IMG/VR virus record: IMGVR_UViG_3300020045_005943
Location: 1-29,598 of that record
DNA: 29,598 nucleotides
From: a virus
Lineage: Duplodnaviria; Caudoviricetes
Direction: 5' to 3' (one strand)
Part shown: positions 21,793 to 29,598 of the stretch, one piece after another
Position numbering within the stretch: the stretch's first letter is position 1
Layout of the letters: the number at the start of each line of letters is the position of its first letter
Made by a program: the position numbers and the translations under genes
The notes under the pieces: model-generated
What the model was told of the DNA's origin: nothing
The model's input: the letters and a program-made list of their open reading frames with translations, nothing else
Database searches by the model: none

Positions 21793-24731
21793 GAGTTGTA
21801 ATCTAAGTTAAAATCTAAATTGAATTCTGCCGCGCTGTTCTCATCAGCATCAGCATCCGCCACGCTGGTAAGTTCTGATAACTCCGATCTGTATTCGTTA
21901 TTCTTATAATCAATGTCTAACGCTGCCGGGAAATACTTCCGGTCATTATCCATCGTTTCGTTGAGGGTATCTAATGGCGTAAAAATTATATCGCCAATAA
22001 ATCCACCGCCCAAACTCCTCCAGGGTCTATTGTACTGGGATAAATACATATCAAGAAATATTTCTTGAAGGCTAAGGCTTTCCGATCTTGAGTCCCTGGC
22101 CCATAACGTAAATCCCGCTCCGGTTGAGTCTCTCAAATAGCCTGAATAGGAAAGCTCAGGGCTTCCTGGTGTAAAGTTAAATGAGGATTGAAACGTATCT
22201 GAATAGAAAATATTTACAGTGAAATTATCATCGCCAAACTTACCAACCTTTGGCACACGGGAAAGGCCATAATCAAAAGTAGCATAACCATTGGTTACCA
22301 AACTCCCATGATAAATCAACTTATTAAGGATGCTGGGGTTTTCGTTCTCCATGCTCTTTTCATAGGCTGCATTTTTAGGCAGTGTTTTTCCTTTATTGAG
22401 CAATTCAAATTTAACGTAATCAATATACGTATGATTTAGCGCTGTTGATATTGGGTTATAGGCCACCAATATCCATTTATAAGGATTTGTTGTAACGTGG
22501 TAGTCGTCAGGCTCAACTATGTTAGGCAATGATTCTGCGTGTGTTTCATTCTTTAATTCATAATACAATAATTGACCACCCGCAAAATACGCTGATGCGT
22601 TATCGTAATATTGCAGCCTGTAGCCTGCCGGCAGGCTTGCTGTTAGCTTTGCCCTGAATGGCGTTAACGTTGAATAATCGTAATCGCCCGCGTGGGGGAT
22701 ATAAATTTTAACATTGAAATTTTCACCTGTTACATACGCAGGGTCAGGCACATCGGCAATAATCTCAAACTTTTGATACTTGTTTAGCTGATCCTCTTTA
22801 ATAAAGAATACTATGTTTGAATCAGTCAAAGACCATGATCCTCCATCCTGTAAAAAATAATCGCCATAGATTACCTTTACTTTTAGTTTAATGTAAAGAA
22901 CGCTCGTATCAATGGCCTCAGTAACTATCTTTACATTAATTGTAAACCTTATTTCATCCTCATTGCCCATTTTAAGGTTTAGCGTATCGCTCAAAATGTA
23001 ACCACCACGGGCATAAAAAGTGCTAACCACTAAGGCTACATTACTATCCTCAATAGTCTCAATGCTTTTATTAAAAATATCCTCATTATTAATAAGTTCA
23101 AACCCGGTAGTGTCTGCAATGGTGCCCTGAATAAGTCCACCGGCAAACCCGCTCACATTAGGGCCGGCTATAACGGGGGCCGCATAATACGAATATTTCC
23201 TTACCGCAAAATCTCCGTTTATGAATAGATTGCTTTTAAGACCCATATCATAAAGCAACCTTATCTTTCCATAGCCCGGATTGATTTTTAAAAGCTGGTC
23301 TTGGTTTGTCCAAACTAATCTATTTGATTGGCCTGATCCCTTTAAATTCTTAACGGGTGAGTAACTTGAATTGCTAACATAAACTCCATCGCTATCAAAC
23401 GTTCTGTAATCAAAGGAATTTACCCGCTCATCAATCCTTAAAATATTCCATACGTTATAATACTGTATTATTTGCGCCCCGTATGGTTCCAGTATGTAGG
23501 TTAAAACATCCCAACAGTTAGGCGTTTCATCAATCAGGTAGTAACGATATACATCAACATAGGCCTGATCTAAAGGATCGCTTGCCGCTGTGGTGGCCAT
23601 TGCTGGCTCAAGTGCGTAAATATTACACCCTGAACGAATGTTCAACCCTAGCCCTATCTTTTTAAGTATCCAGGCAATGATTGAAATTTGTTTATAGCTT
23701 CCGGTTAGCCTGTTTCCATCATCGTCAAGGAAGGGTATCTCCTGCAACGTGGCAAGGCCATCGTGCGCCCTTACGGTAATGTCGTAAGGCGCTGATTTAT
23801 AGGCTTCCTCGTATTGGCTTGGCAGTACTTTGGCCGTCCATATAACCGAATAACCAGACCCCGAATCAATGCTATGGCGCATCCTGAACTTTTCCGGGTC
23901 ATTGGTAAAGAATGTTTGATATTGCGCCTCCGTTACGCTCATCATATTAAAGGCCATATCAGCCGAAAATATGGGAGAAAATTTATCTTTATCGGCCTTA
24001 AATCCACCGCTGTAAGTGGTTGGGCTAGACCCGCCTATAATTTCAATTATCGCCCCCGCGTAATCTTTTTGTAGAATCTGTGTCTTATGGTGACCCCCAG
24101 TATGAATATCGTAATATTCCAATTGATACAATACGCCATACGTTTTATCAACTCCAACGTTAACACTTATAACCGCCAGGCAGTTGATAGCATCGCGGGC
24201 AAATATTAGATAGTTTCCTTTTCCTAAAGAAGTGAACGTGCCGCTGGTTTGGCCGCCCGTGCTATACTCAAAGTCTGAATTGATATTATATTTTACTGAT
24301 CCGTTTGAACCAGCAGCGCTTACCACTATCTGGCCATCGGTTGCCGTTATGGTACTGGCATCGGTAACGGTTGGCAGCGTGTTAAACTTCAAATCGCAAA
24401 CCTCGCCACCAACTGAACAGGATGGATGATCTACCAACGGTATCATTATATAATACGGAAATTGATCTATCCTTACAAACTTCAAAAAATCCGTTCCCTG
24501 GCACATGGATATTTGGTAAATCCTTTCGGCCTTGTAGTAAAATTGATTGTTACCTGAATAGGTAAAGTTTACAGGCATCTCCGGGCCGCTGGTAATAACC
24601 CCTCCATTCTTTTTAACTACGAATAGGTTTGTAGAATCATCCCAATAAACATCAATATAGTCAGCCACTACGAATGTGCCGTAGGGGCTGTTTTGCATCC
24701 AAAGAATATTTGTTATTTGCGTTTGGGCCAT
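21789..24731 (-). CDS. Large tail tip/baseplate protein
   Basis: 980 aa directly after the tape measure gene; includes an SprB-like Ig segment (DGQIVVSAAG...F..L..GNY.I.ARDA..C). Confidence 0.7.
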   Translation of the reverse strand: MAQTQITNILWMQNSPYGTFVVADYIDVYWDDSTNLFVVKKNGGVITSGPEMPVNFTYSGNNQFYYKAERIYQISMCQGTDFLKFVRIDQFPYYIMIPLVDHPSCSVGGEVCDLKFNTLPTVTDASTITATDGQIVVSAAGSNGSVKYNINSDFEYSTGGQTSGTFTSLGKGNYLIFARDAINCLAVISVNVGVDKTYGVLYQLEYYDIHTGGHHKTQILQKDYAGAIIEIIGGSSPTTYSGGFKADKDKFSPIFSADMAFNMMSVTEAQYQTFFTNDPEKFRMRHSIDSGSGYSVIWTAKVLPSQYEEAYKSAPYDITVRAHDGLATLQEIPFLDDDGNRLTGSYKQISIIAWILKKIGLGLNIRSGCNIYALEPAMATTAASDPLDQAYVDVYRYYLIDETPNCWDVLTYILEPYGAQIIQYYNVWNILRIDERVNSFDYRTFDSDGVYVSNSSYSPVKNLKGSGQSNRLVWTNQDQLLKINPGYGKIRLLYDMGLKSNLFINGDFAVRKYSYYAAPVIAGPNVSGFAGGLIQGTIADTTGFELINNEDIFNKSIETIEDSNVALVVSTFYARGGYILSDTLNLKMGNEDEIRFTINVKIVTEAIDTSVLYIKLKVKVIYGDYFLQDGGSWSLTDSNIVFFIKEDQLNKYQKFEIIADVPDPAYVTGENFNVKIYIPHAGDYDYSTLTPFRAKLTASLPAGYRLQYYDNASAYFAGGQLLYYELKNETHAESLPNIVEPDDYHVTTNPYKWILVAYNPISTALNHTYIDYVKFELLNKGKTLPKNAAYEKSMENENPSILNKLIYHGSLVTNGYATFDYGLSRVPKVGKFGDDNFTVNIFYSDTFQSSFNFTPGSPELSYSGYLRDSTGAGFTLWARDSRSESLSLQEIFLDMYLSQYNRPWRSLGGGFIGDIIFTPLDTLNETMDNDRKYFPAALDIDYKNNEYRSELSELTSVADADADENSAAEFNLDFNLDYNS

Positions 24732-24732
24732 G

Positions 24733-26706
24733 TTAACCTCCGCGTCTTATTTTATTGTCTGCTTTGGCCGAGTCATAAACGCCCACTAAATCAGACCCTT
24801 TAGCCTCTACCCTTATGACTAACCGCTGTTCTGATTGGCTGTTACCTGAAACACCGCCACGGGTGGCATTTTGATTTATATTTTGCCCACCCACATCACC
24901 GCCACCGCTCACAGATTTACCAACGGCTGAACTAACAATGCCTAACGCGGCTCCGGCTGCAATGGCCTGTAAACCACCCTTAACCGCCACCGGGTTTTTG
25001 AAAATTATCCCCTCAGCAACTTTACCAACTCCAAGCGCTACTAATTGCCGCCCGTATTGCTTACCGAAATTAGCCAATGACTTAAGTAATGCCTGACCTA
25101 TGGGCTCACCTCCCCCAATGGATTCCGCCAATGAGGAAATAACATCGGCAGCCATAGTTTTAAAACTATGCTGTAATCTTTCATTAATAGCAATGAGTTC
25201 ATCAGCATTAGCATTATAAGCCTCCGTTGCCGCTTTTCCTCCAAGATTAAGATCAACGCCACCCATTTGGCCTGGTAATTTATCAACCGATAAGGCCGAT
25301 GTGTGTTGAGCTAACCCAACACTTCCAACTTTTTGAAATTCTTTATCCTTTGGGAATAATTGATTAACCCACTTAACCGCCTCTTTTAATTCTTCGGCAT
25401 ATTTCTTTGCAGCCTCTGCGTTTTCAGCAATTAATCTAGCCTTTGCAATCATATCCTCCTCTGCATCGGGAGTTAATTCACTAAAATCAGTCCACCAGTT
25501 TTCACTCGTTTTTGTTGCATCAATAGCCTTATTAAGGCTTTCCTGATTCTTCGTTAATCTATCAAGCGCTAATGTTTGTAATTGTATTACCTCAGTTCCG
25601 TGGGTCATGGTAGTAAAAGCCGCTGCCCACGCTTTCTCCCAACCTGAAATATCATCACGCTGAAAGTAGTTTGAAAGCATAGTTAGTTGCTGAACTATAC
25701 CCCTCAAAATGTTAGTCCTGTCACCATCACCCTGAATGGCTTTATCCATAGAACCTGATAGCTTATCCCAATCACCGGCAAGATTATCCTGCATGATCTT
25801 GGCCATCTTTTCCAGTTCACCGTTGGCGTTTTTATAGGCTACTGTAGCCTTATCAATTCCTTCTGTATTCTTGGCAAGTATTAAAAGAGATGCATAGGCC
25901 GTTCTTCCTACTTCATCCATAGCCGCGGCACCATCAAGCCCCTTAGCAGCCATTTCGCCTAAAGCCTTAGTTAATTTAGGGGCTGACCCTTCACCTAAAT
26001 CACTAATAATCTTTCTTAATGAAGTACCGGCCATTGAGCCCTTGATACCATTGTCAGCTAATACTCCAAGCATAGCGGAAACTTGCTCAAGGCTTAACCC
26101 TGCCGCTGCTGCCACCGGTGCAACGTACTTAATAGCCTCACCAAAATCTGAAAGACCTAATGCCGACTTATTAAATGCTGCTGCCATTACATCGGTTACC
26201 CGATTCATTTCGCTGGCATCTAAATTAAAAGAGCGTAATGTTGACCCGGCTATCTGCGCGGACATTGCTAAATCTTCACCCGTTGCTTTGGCTAATAAAA
26301 TCGCTGCTTTACTTGATTTTAATATCTCACCGGTTGAAAAACCTAGCCTTGCAAATTCAAGTTGTAATGAGGCTACATCCTTAGAAGATGCACCAAATGA
26401 AGCGCCCAAATCAATAGCACTTCTTCGTAAGACATCAATTCCCCCCTTCGTTTCGTTTGTAACGGCACGAACCTTACTCATCTCTGCCTCAAAATCAGAT
26501 AGAGATTTTATTACCTGTGACCCTATGTTAAGAGCCTGCTGAAATCCGACATATCCTAAAGCAAAATTTTTAACTTTATCAGCTATTCCATCAATGGTAG
26601 TACCCACACCCCTAACGCTTTTTGCCGCGTCTTGCATAGCTGCATTAAATCCGGCTGTATTAGCCGCAATTTGAACCGCCATTTTTGCCAGAACGCTTTG
26701 TCCCAT
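24733..26706 (-). CDS. Tail tape measure protein (TP901-type core)
   Basis: FEAEMSKVRAVT...LADNGIKGSMAGTSLR...MQDNLAGD; Ala/Gly-rich. Confidence 0.92.
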   Translation of the reverse strand: MGQSVLAKMAVQIAANTAGFNAAMQDAAKSVRGVGTTIDGIADKVKNFALGYVGFQQALNIGSQVIKSLSDFEAEMSKVRAVTNETKGGIDVLRRSAIDLGASFGASSKDVASLQLEFARLGFSTGEILKSSKAAILLAKATGEDLAMSAQIAGSTLRSFNLDASEMNRVTDVMAAAFNKSALGLSDFGEAIKYVAPVAAAAGLSLEQVSAMLGVLADNGIKGSMAGTSLRKIISDLGEGSAPKLTKALGEMAAKGLDGAAAMDEVGRTAYASLLILAKNTEGIDKATVAYKNANGELEKMAKIMQDNLAGDWDKLSGSMDKAIQGDGDRTNILRGIVQQLTMLSNYFQRDDISGWEKAWAAAFTTMTHGTEVIQLQTLALDRLTKNQESLNKAIDATKTSENWWTDFSELTPDAEEDMIAKARLIAENAEAAKKYAEELKEAVKWVNQLFPKDKEFQKVGSVGLAQHTSALSVDKLPGQMGGVDLNLGGKAATEAYNANADELIAINERLQHSFKTMAADVISSLAESIGGGEPIGQALLKSLANFGKQYGRQLVALGVGKVAEGIIFKNPVAVKGGLQAIAAGAALGIVSSAVGKSVSGGGDVGGQNINQNATRGGVSGNSQSEQRLVIRVEAKGSDLVGVYDSAKADNKIRRGG

Positions 26707-26714
26707 AACTTTTT

Positions 26715-26990
26715 TTAGTATCCTTCCGTTTTTAATTTCATCACTACCAAATCAGCCAATTGATGCCCGGCTATTTTTGTTTCGGCCTTAATCTGTATCA
26801 CTTCCCTATGTAGGCCTTCATGTTTTTCTTTCAATTGGTCATGCTCCTCCTCCCGTGTATCTACCCGCGTATGGATGTTTTTAATTTCATCCTTAAACGA
26901 GCGTAGGGTATTGATAAACACCCATCCAACAATTGAAGAGATAAAGGTTAGTAACGCTCCGGTAATTAAAGGCCAGTTAATATTTTCCAT
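26715..26990 (-). CDS. Small membrane-anchored coiled-coil protein (holin-like)
   Basis: N-terminal TM helix followed by a charged coiled coil. Confidence 0.6.
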   Translation of the reverse strand: MENINWPLITGALLTFISSIVGWVFINTLRSFKDEIKNIHTRVDTREEEHDQLKEKHEGLHREVIQIKAETKIAGHQLADLVVMKLKTEGY

Positions 26991-27019
26991 TTTCTCATGA
27001 GTTTAATTTCAGCCCAGTT

Positions 27020-27403
27020 CTATTTAATAAATTTGCTACCTAAGTTTGCCTTAACATCTTTTAGCGAAATTTTCTTTTCGGCTTGCTTTTCCTCATCATC
27101 CTTATCATAACTCAATCGCATAAAATCAGTAGGTTCAAACGGTGTTGGTTTTGTCTTTGAGTCCCTGTTTACATTTGCAAACAAGCACATAAACTGCCTT
27201 GTCATTTCCATTTTTAACTCGCGGTCTTGTTGCCTTCGCTCTCTGTCTGCCCTTATCTTCTCTACCCAAAGGTTCCAATCCCACCAAGTTAAACTCCAAA
27301 ACGTTTTTGAGTCCATGCCCAATTCGCACCGGGCAACCCACTCCCATTCATCTATCGTTTCTTCTTCGGCTTTGCCTCCGCTGGGGAGGCTTGCCCGTTT
27401 TTT
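27020..27403 (-). CDS. Tail assembly chaperone GT extension (-1 frame)
   Basis: Frame entered through the slippery AAAAAAC at 27403-27397. Confidence 0.75.
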   Translation of the reverse strand, partial: KKRASLPSGGKAEEETIDEWEWVARCELGMDSKTFWSLTWWDWNLWVEKIRADRERRQQDRELKMEMTRQFMCLFANVNRDSKTKPTPFEPTDFMRLSYDKDDEEKQAEKKISLKDVKANLGSKFIK

Positions 27404-27702
27404 GGTATGAAACTCTCCAACAATACAGCGGTAACTTTTGCCGCCTGATCTTCGCCCATTTTTTCCAACCAATCGCTAACCATTGGCATAGTTAGTTCAG
27501 GGCTTTTCTTATTTGCGAATTGGCAAGCACTACCGTAGAACAGGGCAAGGATGGTGAGCAAATCCTGCTCGACCATCTTTGCAAAAAGTTCCTGTATTGA
27601 TTTCACACCGGCCTCACGGCAAGCAATAGCTATGGCCATTGTGCCACATTTAAACCCTACTTTTTGGCCGGAAATCTCTACCTCAATTGTGTTCCTCTCC
27701 AT
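27352..27702 (-). CDS. Tail assembly chaperone (G-like)
   Basis: Between the tail tube and tape measure genes; ends ...PKN at the slippery site. Confidence 0.8.
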   Translation of the reverse strand: MERNTIEVEISGQKVGFKCGTMAIAIACREAGVKSIQELFAKMVEQDLLTILALFYGSACQFANKKSPELTMPMVSDWLEKMGEDQAAKVTAVLLESFIPKNGQASPAEAKPKKKR

Positions 27703-28121
27703 TAGGTAGTTGTACCAATGTTAAGAGCGCCATCACCTTCATAGGTGAGGTTAAATGTAGCCGCTGAATTAAGAGGCCCAGCCACATTAAACTGATTGAG
27801 CAAGGCGTATCCCATAAAATAGGATTTACCGCTCTCCTCATTGCCTGATGTGTCCGTAATGGCCATTTTAATGCCTACCCGCGTTCCGGCCTTATGGGCT
27901 GCATATAAAGCCTGTGGCCCCAGGGTGGAGGCAAAATCCCATTTGCCGCTGCAAGTGATTGTCCATGTTTGTGAACCGGACAAAACCTGACGCGCCCCGT
28001 TGCTGTCTTTACAGGTTGCATCGATTGTTTCCTTGCCTGAATTTAATTCGCAGTTATCGGTGCAACCGATGGCCACGTTGTCTATAAAAACAAGTAGCTG
28101 ATTTCCATTAATTATTGCCAT
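27702..28121 (-). CDS. Major tail tube protein (TP901-1-like)
   Basis: ING...ETIDATCKDS.G......G...W.I..SG...ATF.L...G.G.L pattern. Confidence 0.85.
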   Translation of the reverse strand: MAIINGNQLLVFIDNVAIGCTDNCELNSGKETIDATCKDSNGARQVLSGSQTWTITCSGKWDFASTLGPQALYAAHKAGTRVGIKMAITDTSGNEESGKSYFMGYALLNQFNVAGPLNSAATFNLTYEGDGALNIGTTT

Positions 28122-28123
28122 TG

Positions 28124-28303
28124 TTATTTTGGTTTAAAAAGTTCTGTTTTCATTTTCTTTTTTGGCGGATATTCTCCGTTATATTTTTCTGCCTTGCCTT
28201 CTGATATTAATCTTAGTGCCGGGCCTTTTGAGTAGTTTAAAATGGTTCCAATCGCATAATCTTTATGAGGGGTTATGTGTCGTTTAAGTAGGCGAACTCG
28301 CAT
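28124..28303 (-). CDS. Small hypothetical protein
   Basis: MRVRLLK...A.RLI..GKAE; lies in the structural operon. Confidence 0.55.
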   Translation of the reverse strand: MRVRLLKRHITPHKDYAIGTILNYSKGPALRLISEGKAEKYNGEYPPKKKMKTELFKPK

Positions 28304-28712
28304 TTTCTTGCGCTTCAAATTGTGGTAACCTTACATACAATCCAACCCCATCATTTGTCTGAATGAAATCCTCGGAAGTATTCACGTAACGCAAATAAGT
28401 CAGATTAACACTTCCGTAATTTCCACCTGCCTTTCCGTCCAACGCATCAATAACAGCCGCCTCAATATCAAGTGCATCTTCATAATTCTGAGCATAACAA
28501 AAAACAGTTGCCGATGGCGTGAACCCTGATGGCCGTTGCCCTTTACATTCAATTGGTGGCCTGCCAGTTGTTCTTACCGCGATGTACGGATGAAGCTCAC
28601 CCTGTGGCACTACAACCGGGTAAACCTTATATTTATCACTGGCTTTATTTTCGCCAATCAAGGTTTGCACGTTGCTATCTGCTATCAATATGGCTACTAT
28701 TCCGCCCGTCAT
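28284..28712 (-). CDS. Tail terminator (DUF3168-like)
   Basis: KVYP...PQ....PYI and V..ALDG motifs; follows the gp10-like gene. Confidence 0.75.
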   Translation of the reverse strand: MTGGIVAILIADSNVQTLIGENKASDKYKVYPVVVPQGELHPYIAVRTTGRPPIECKGQRPSGFTPSATVFCYAQNYEDALDIEAAVIDALDGKAGGNYGSVNLTYLRYVNTSEDFIQTNDGVGLYVRLPQFEAQENASSPT

Positions 28713-29167
28713 GCCTTTAGTGTTCTTTTCATGAATGAGTATAATTTTTTACCAATGCTGGTAGCTATCCTGCTTTCAACCTCAGCTTTTGTAGATTCAA
28801 AAGCTGGCGCCATGAATGGTTTCTTTTTCATCATTCCACGGTTGGCGCCTTTCTTGTTTTTTCTTTGCTTGGTTCCGTATTCAACTAAATGCCCATGAAA
28901 GCCCCTGTTTTTACCTCCCCTGCGCGGGCCGGCAATCACTAATCCAATCTCATCACTTTTACCAAAGCCTACCTTTTCCGCTCCAATAGAATCTACCAGA
29001 TTACCAGTAGGCCCTTCGGGTGCCAATAACTTAGCCCGATCAATCAACGGTTTGGCCGCGTCCGCATGTGCCTGCCCCAGGATTTTGTGATTGAGTTGCA
29101 ACGGCAATCCCTTTAGAACTGCGTCTATCTCTTTCACTCCGGTTACTGAAATTTTAACTCCGCTCAT
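28709..29167 (-). CDS. HK97 gp10-like tail completion protein
   Basis: AP..PTGNL..SI, HLVEYGT and PFMAPAF motifs. Confidence 0.85.
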   Translation of the reverse strand: MSGVKISVTGVKEIDAVLKGLPLQLNHKILGQAHADAAKPLIDRAKLLAPEGPTGNLVDSIGAEKVGFGKSDEIGLVIAGPRRGGKNRGFHGHLVEYGTKQRKNKKGANRGMMKKKPFMAPAFESTKAEVESRIATSIGKKLYSFMKRTLKA

Positions 29168-29538
29168 GTGGCGTAAATAGTTGGCACTTCGTTTGGCACT
29201 TCTTCGGCTGCTATCATTAAAAAACCATCTCTGCTTTCTTCGTGTTCAGCGATGCTGATAATGTTGAAATATTTGCTTGCATAAACTATTCTCATTTCTG
29301 GCGTTATATCGGTTCTATAATCAATTATAAAACTTGTGTTTAGCGTGCTCTGTATTTGATCTGCCACTACTAATTCTGCCCCCGGCTTTTGATCTACCTT
29401 TGCCCATACCTGGGAGTCAGAATCAATCACTTCCCACCCTGCCAGTGCATCTTCATTGGCGGAACCGGATGTAATAATCTTTTGCACAAAGACTATTTGC
29501 CGGTCTAATTGCCCACGCCTTATGCGACTTTGCAGCAT
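29164..29538 (-). CDS. Head-tail adaptor / head closure protein (SPP1 gp16-like)
   Basis: G.LDRQI, VWAKV and F.I.YR.DIT..MRI.Y...FNI motifs. Confidence 0.85.
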   Translation of the reverse strand: MLQSRIRRGQLDRQIVFVQKIITSGSANEDALAGWEVIDSDSQVWAKVDQKPGAELVVADQIQSTLNTSFIIDYRTDITPEMRIVYASKYFNIISIAEHEESRDGFLMIAAEEVPNEVPTIYAT

Positions 29539-29597
29539 AGCTCATTTTCAACTTTCTTTCCATTCTTAAACTTCTCCCACGGATGAATATTGGTATC
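29520..29597 (-). CDS. Partial CDS (C-terminal end only)
   Basis: Open frame DTNIHPWEKFKNGKKVENELCCKVA* entering from the window edge. Confidence 0.4.
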   Translation of the reverse strand, partial: DTNIHPWEKFKNGKKVENELCCKVA

Positions 29598-29598
29598 G

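Noticed and set aside
1-29598. Reverse transcriptase, diversity-generating retroelement, tRNA or rRNA genes
   Set aside because: I saw no RT motifs, no adenine-specific template/variable repeat pair and no cloverleaf by eye; a tRNAscan or Infernal run would be needed to be certain.

Overview
Fragment of a tailed dsDNA phage (siphovirus-type). A Bacteroidota host is inferred from TAnnTTTG promoter motifs and A-rich, SD-less starts. Left (minus strand, ~400-7300): glycosyltransferase, DnaB-like helicase, replication initiator with internal iterons, VRR-NUC nuclease, YqaJ exonuclease and a Rad52/Sak-like annealase. Right (minus strand, 17232-29598): head-tail connectors, tail tube, -1 frameshifted tail chaperone, tape measure, distal tail and fibre proteins, M15 endolysin and holin. 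The main finding is the plus-strand block ~7700-17190, an integron-like cassette array of small accessory genes (one is an Rnl2-type RNA ligase) ending at a 275-aa tyrosine recombinase that seems to lack the IntI-specific insertion. The array alternates AAC...GTT attC-like hairpins with GTT...AAC modules bounded by 15-17 bp inverted arms. Seven genes or gene pairs are also clamped by their own perfect 17-23 bp AT-rich inverted repeats with a GCG-like motif just inside. Several ORFs start inside the attC-like hairpin and read through the GTT core in frame. Units next to the recombinase are intact and several distal ones are eroded. All calls come from reading the sequence; no searches were run.
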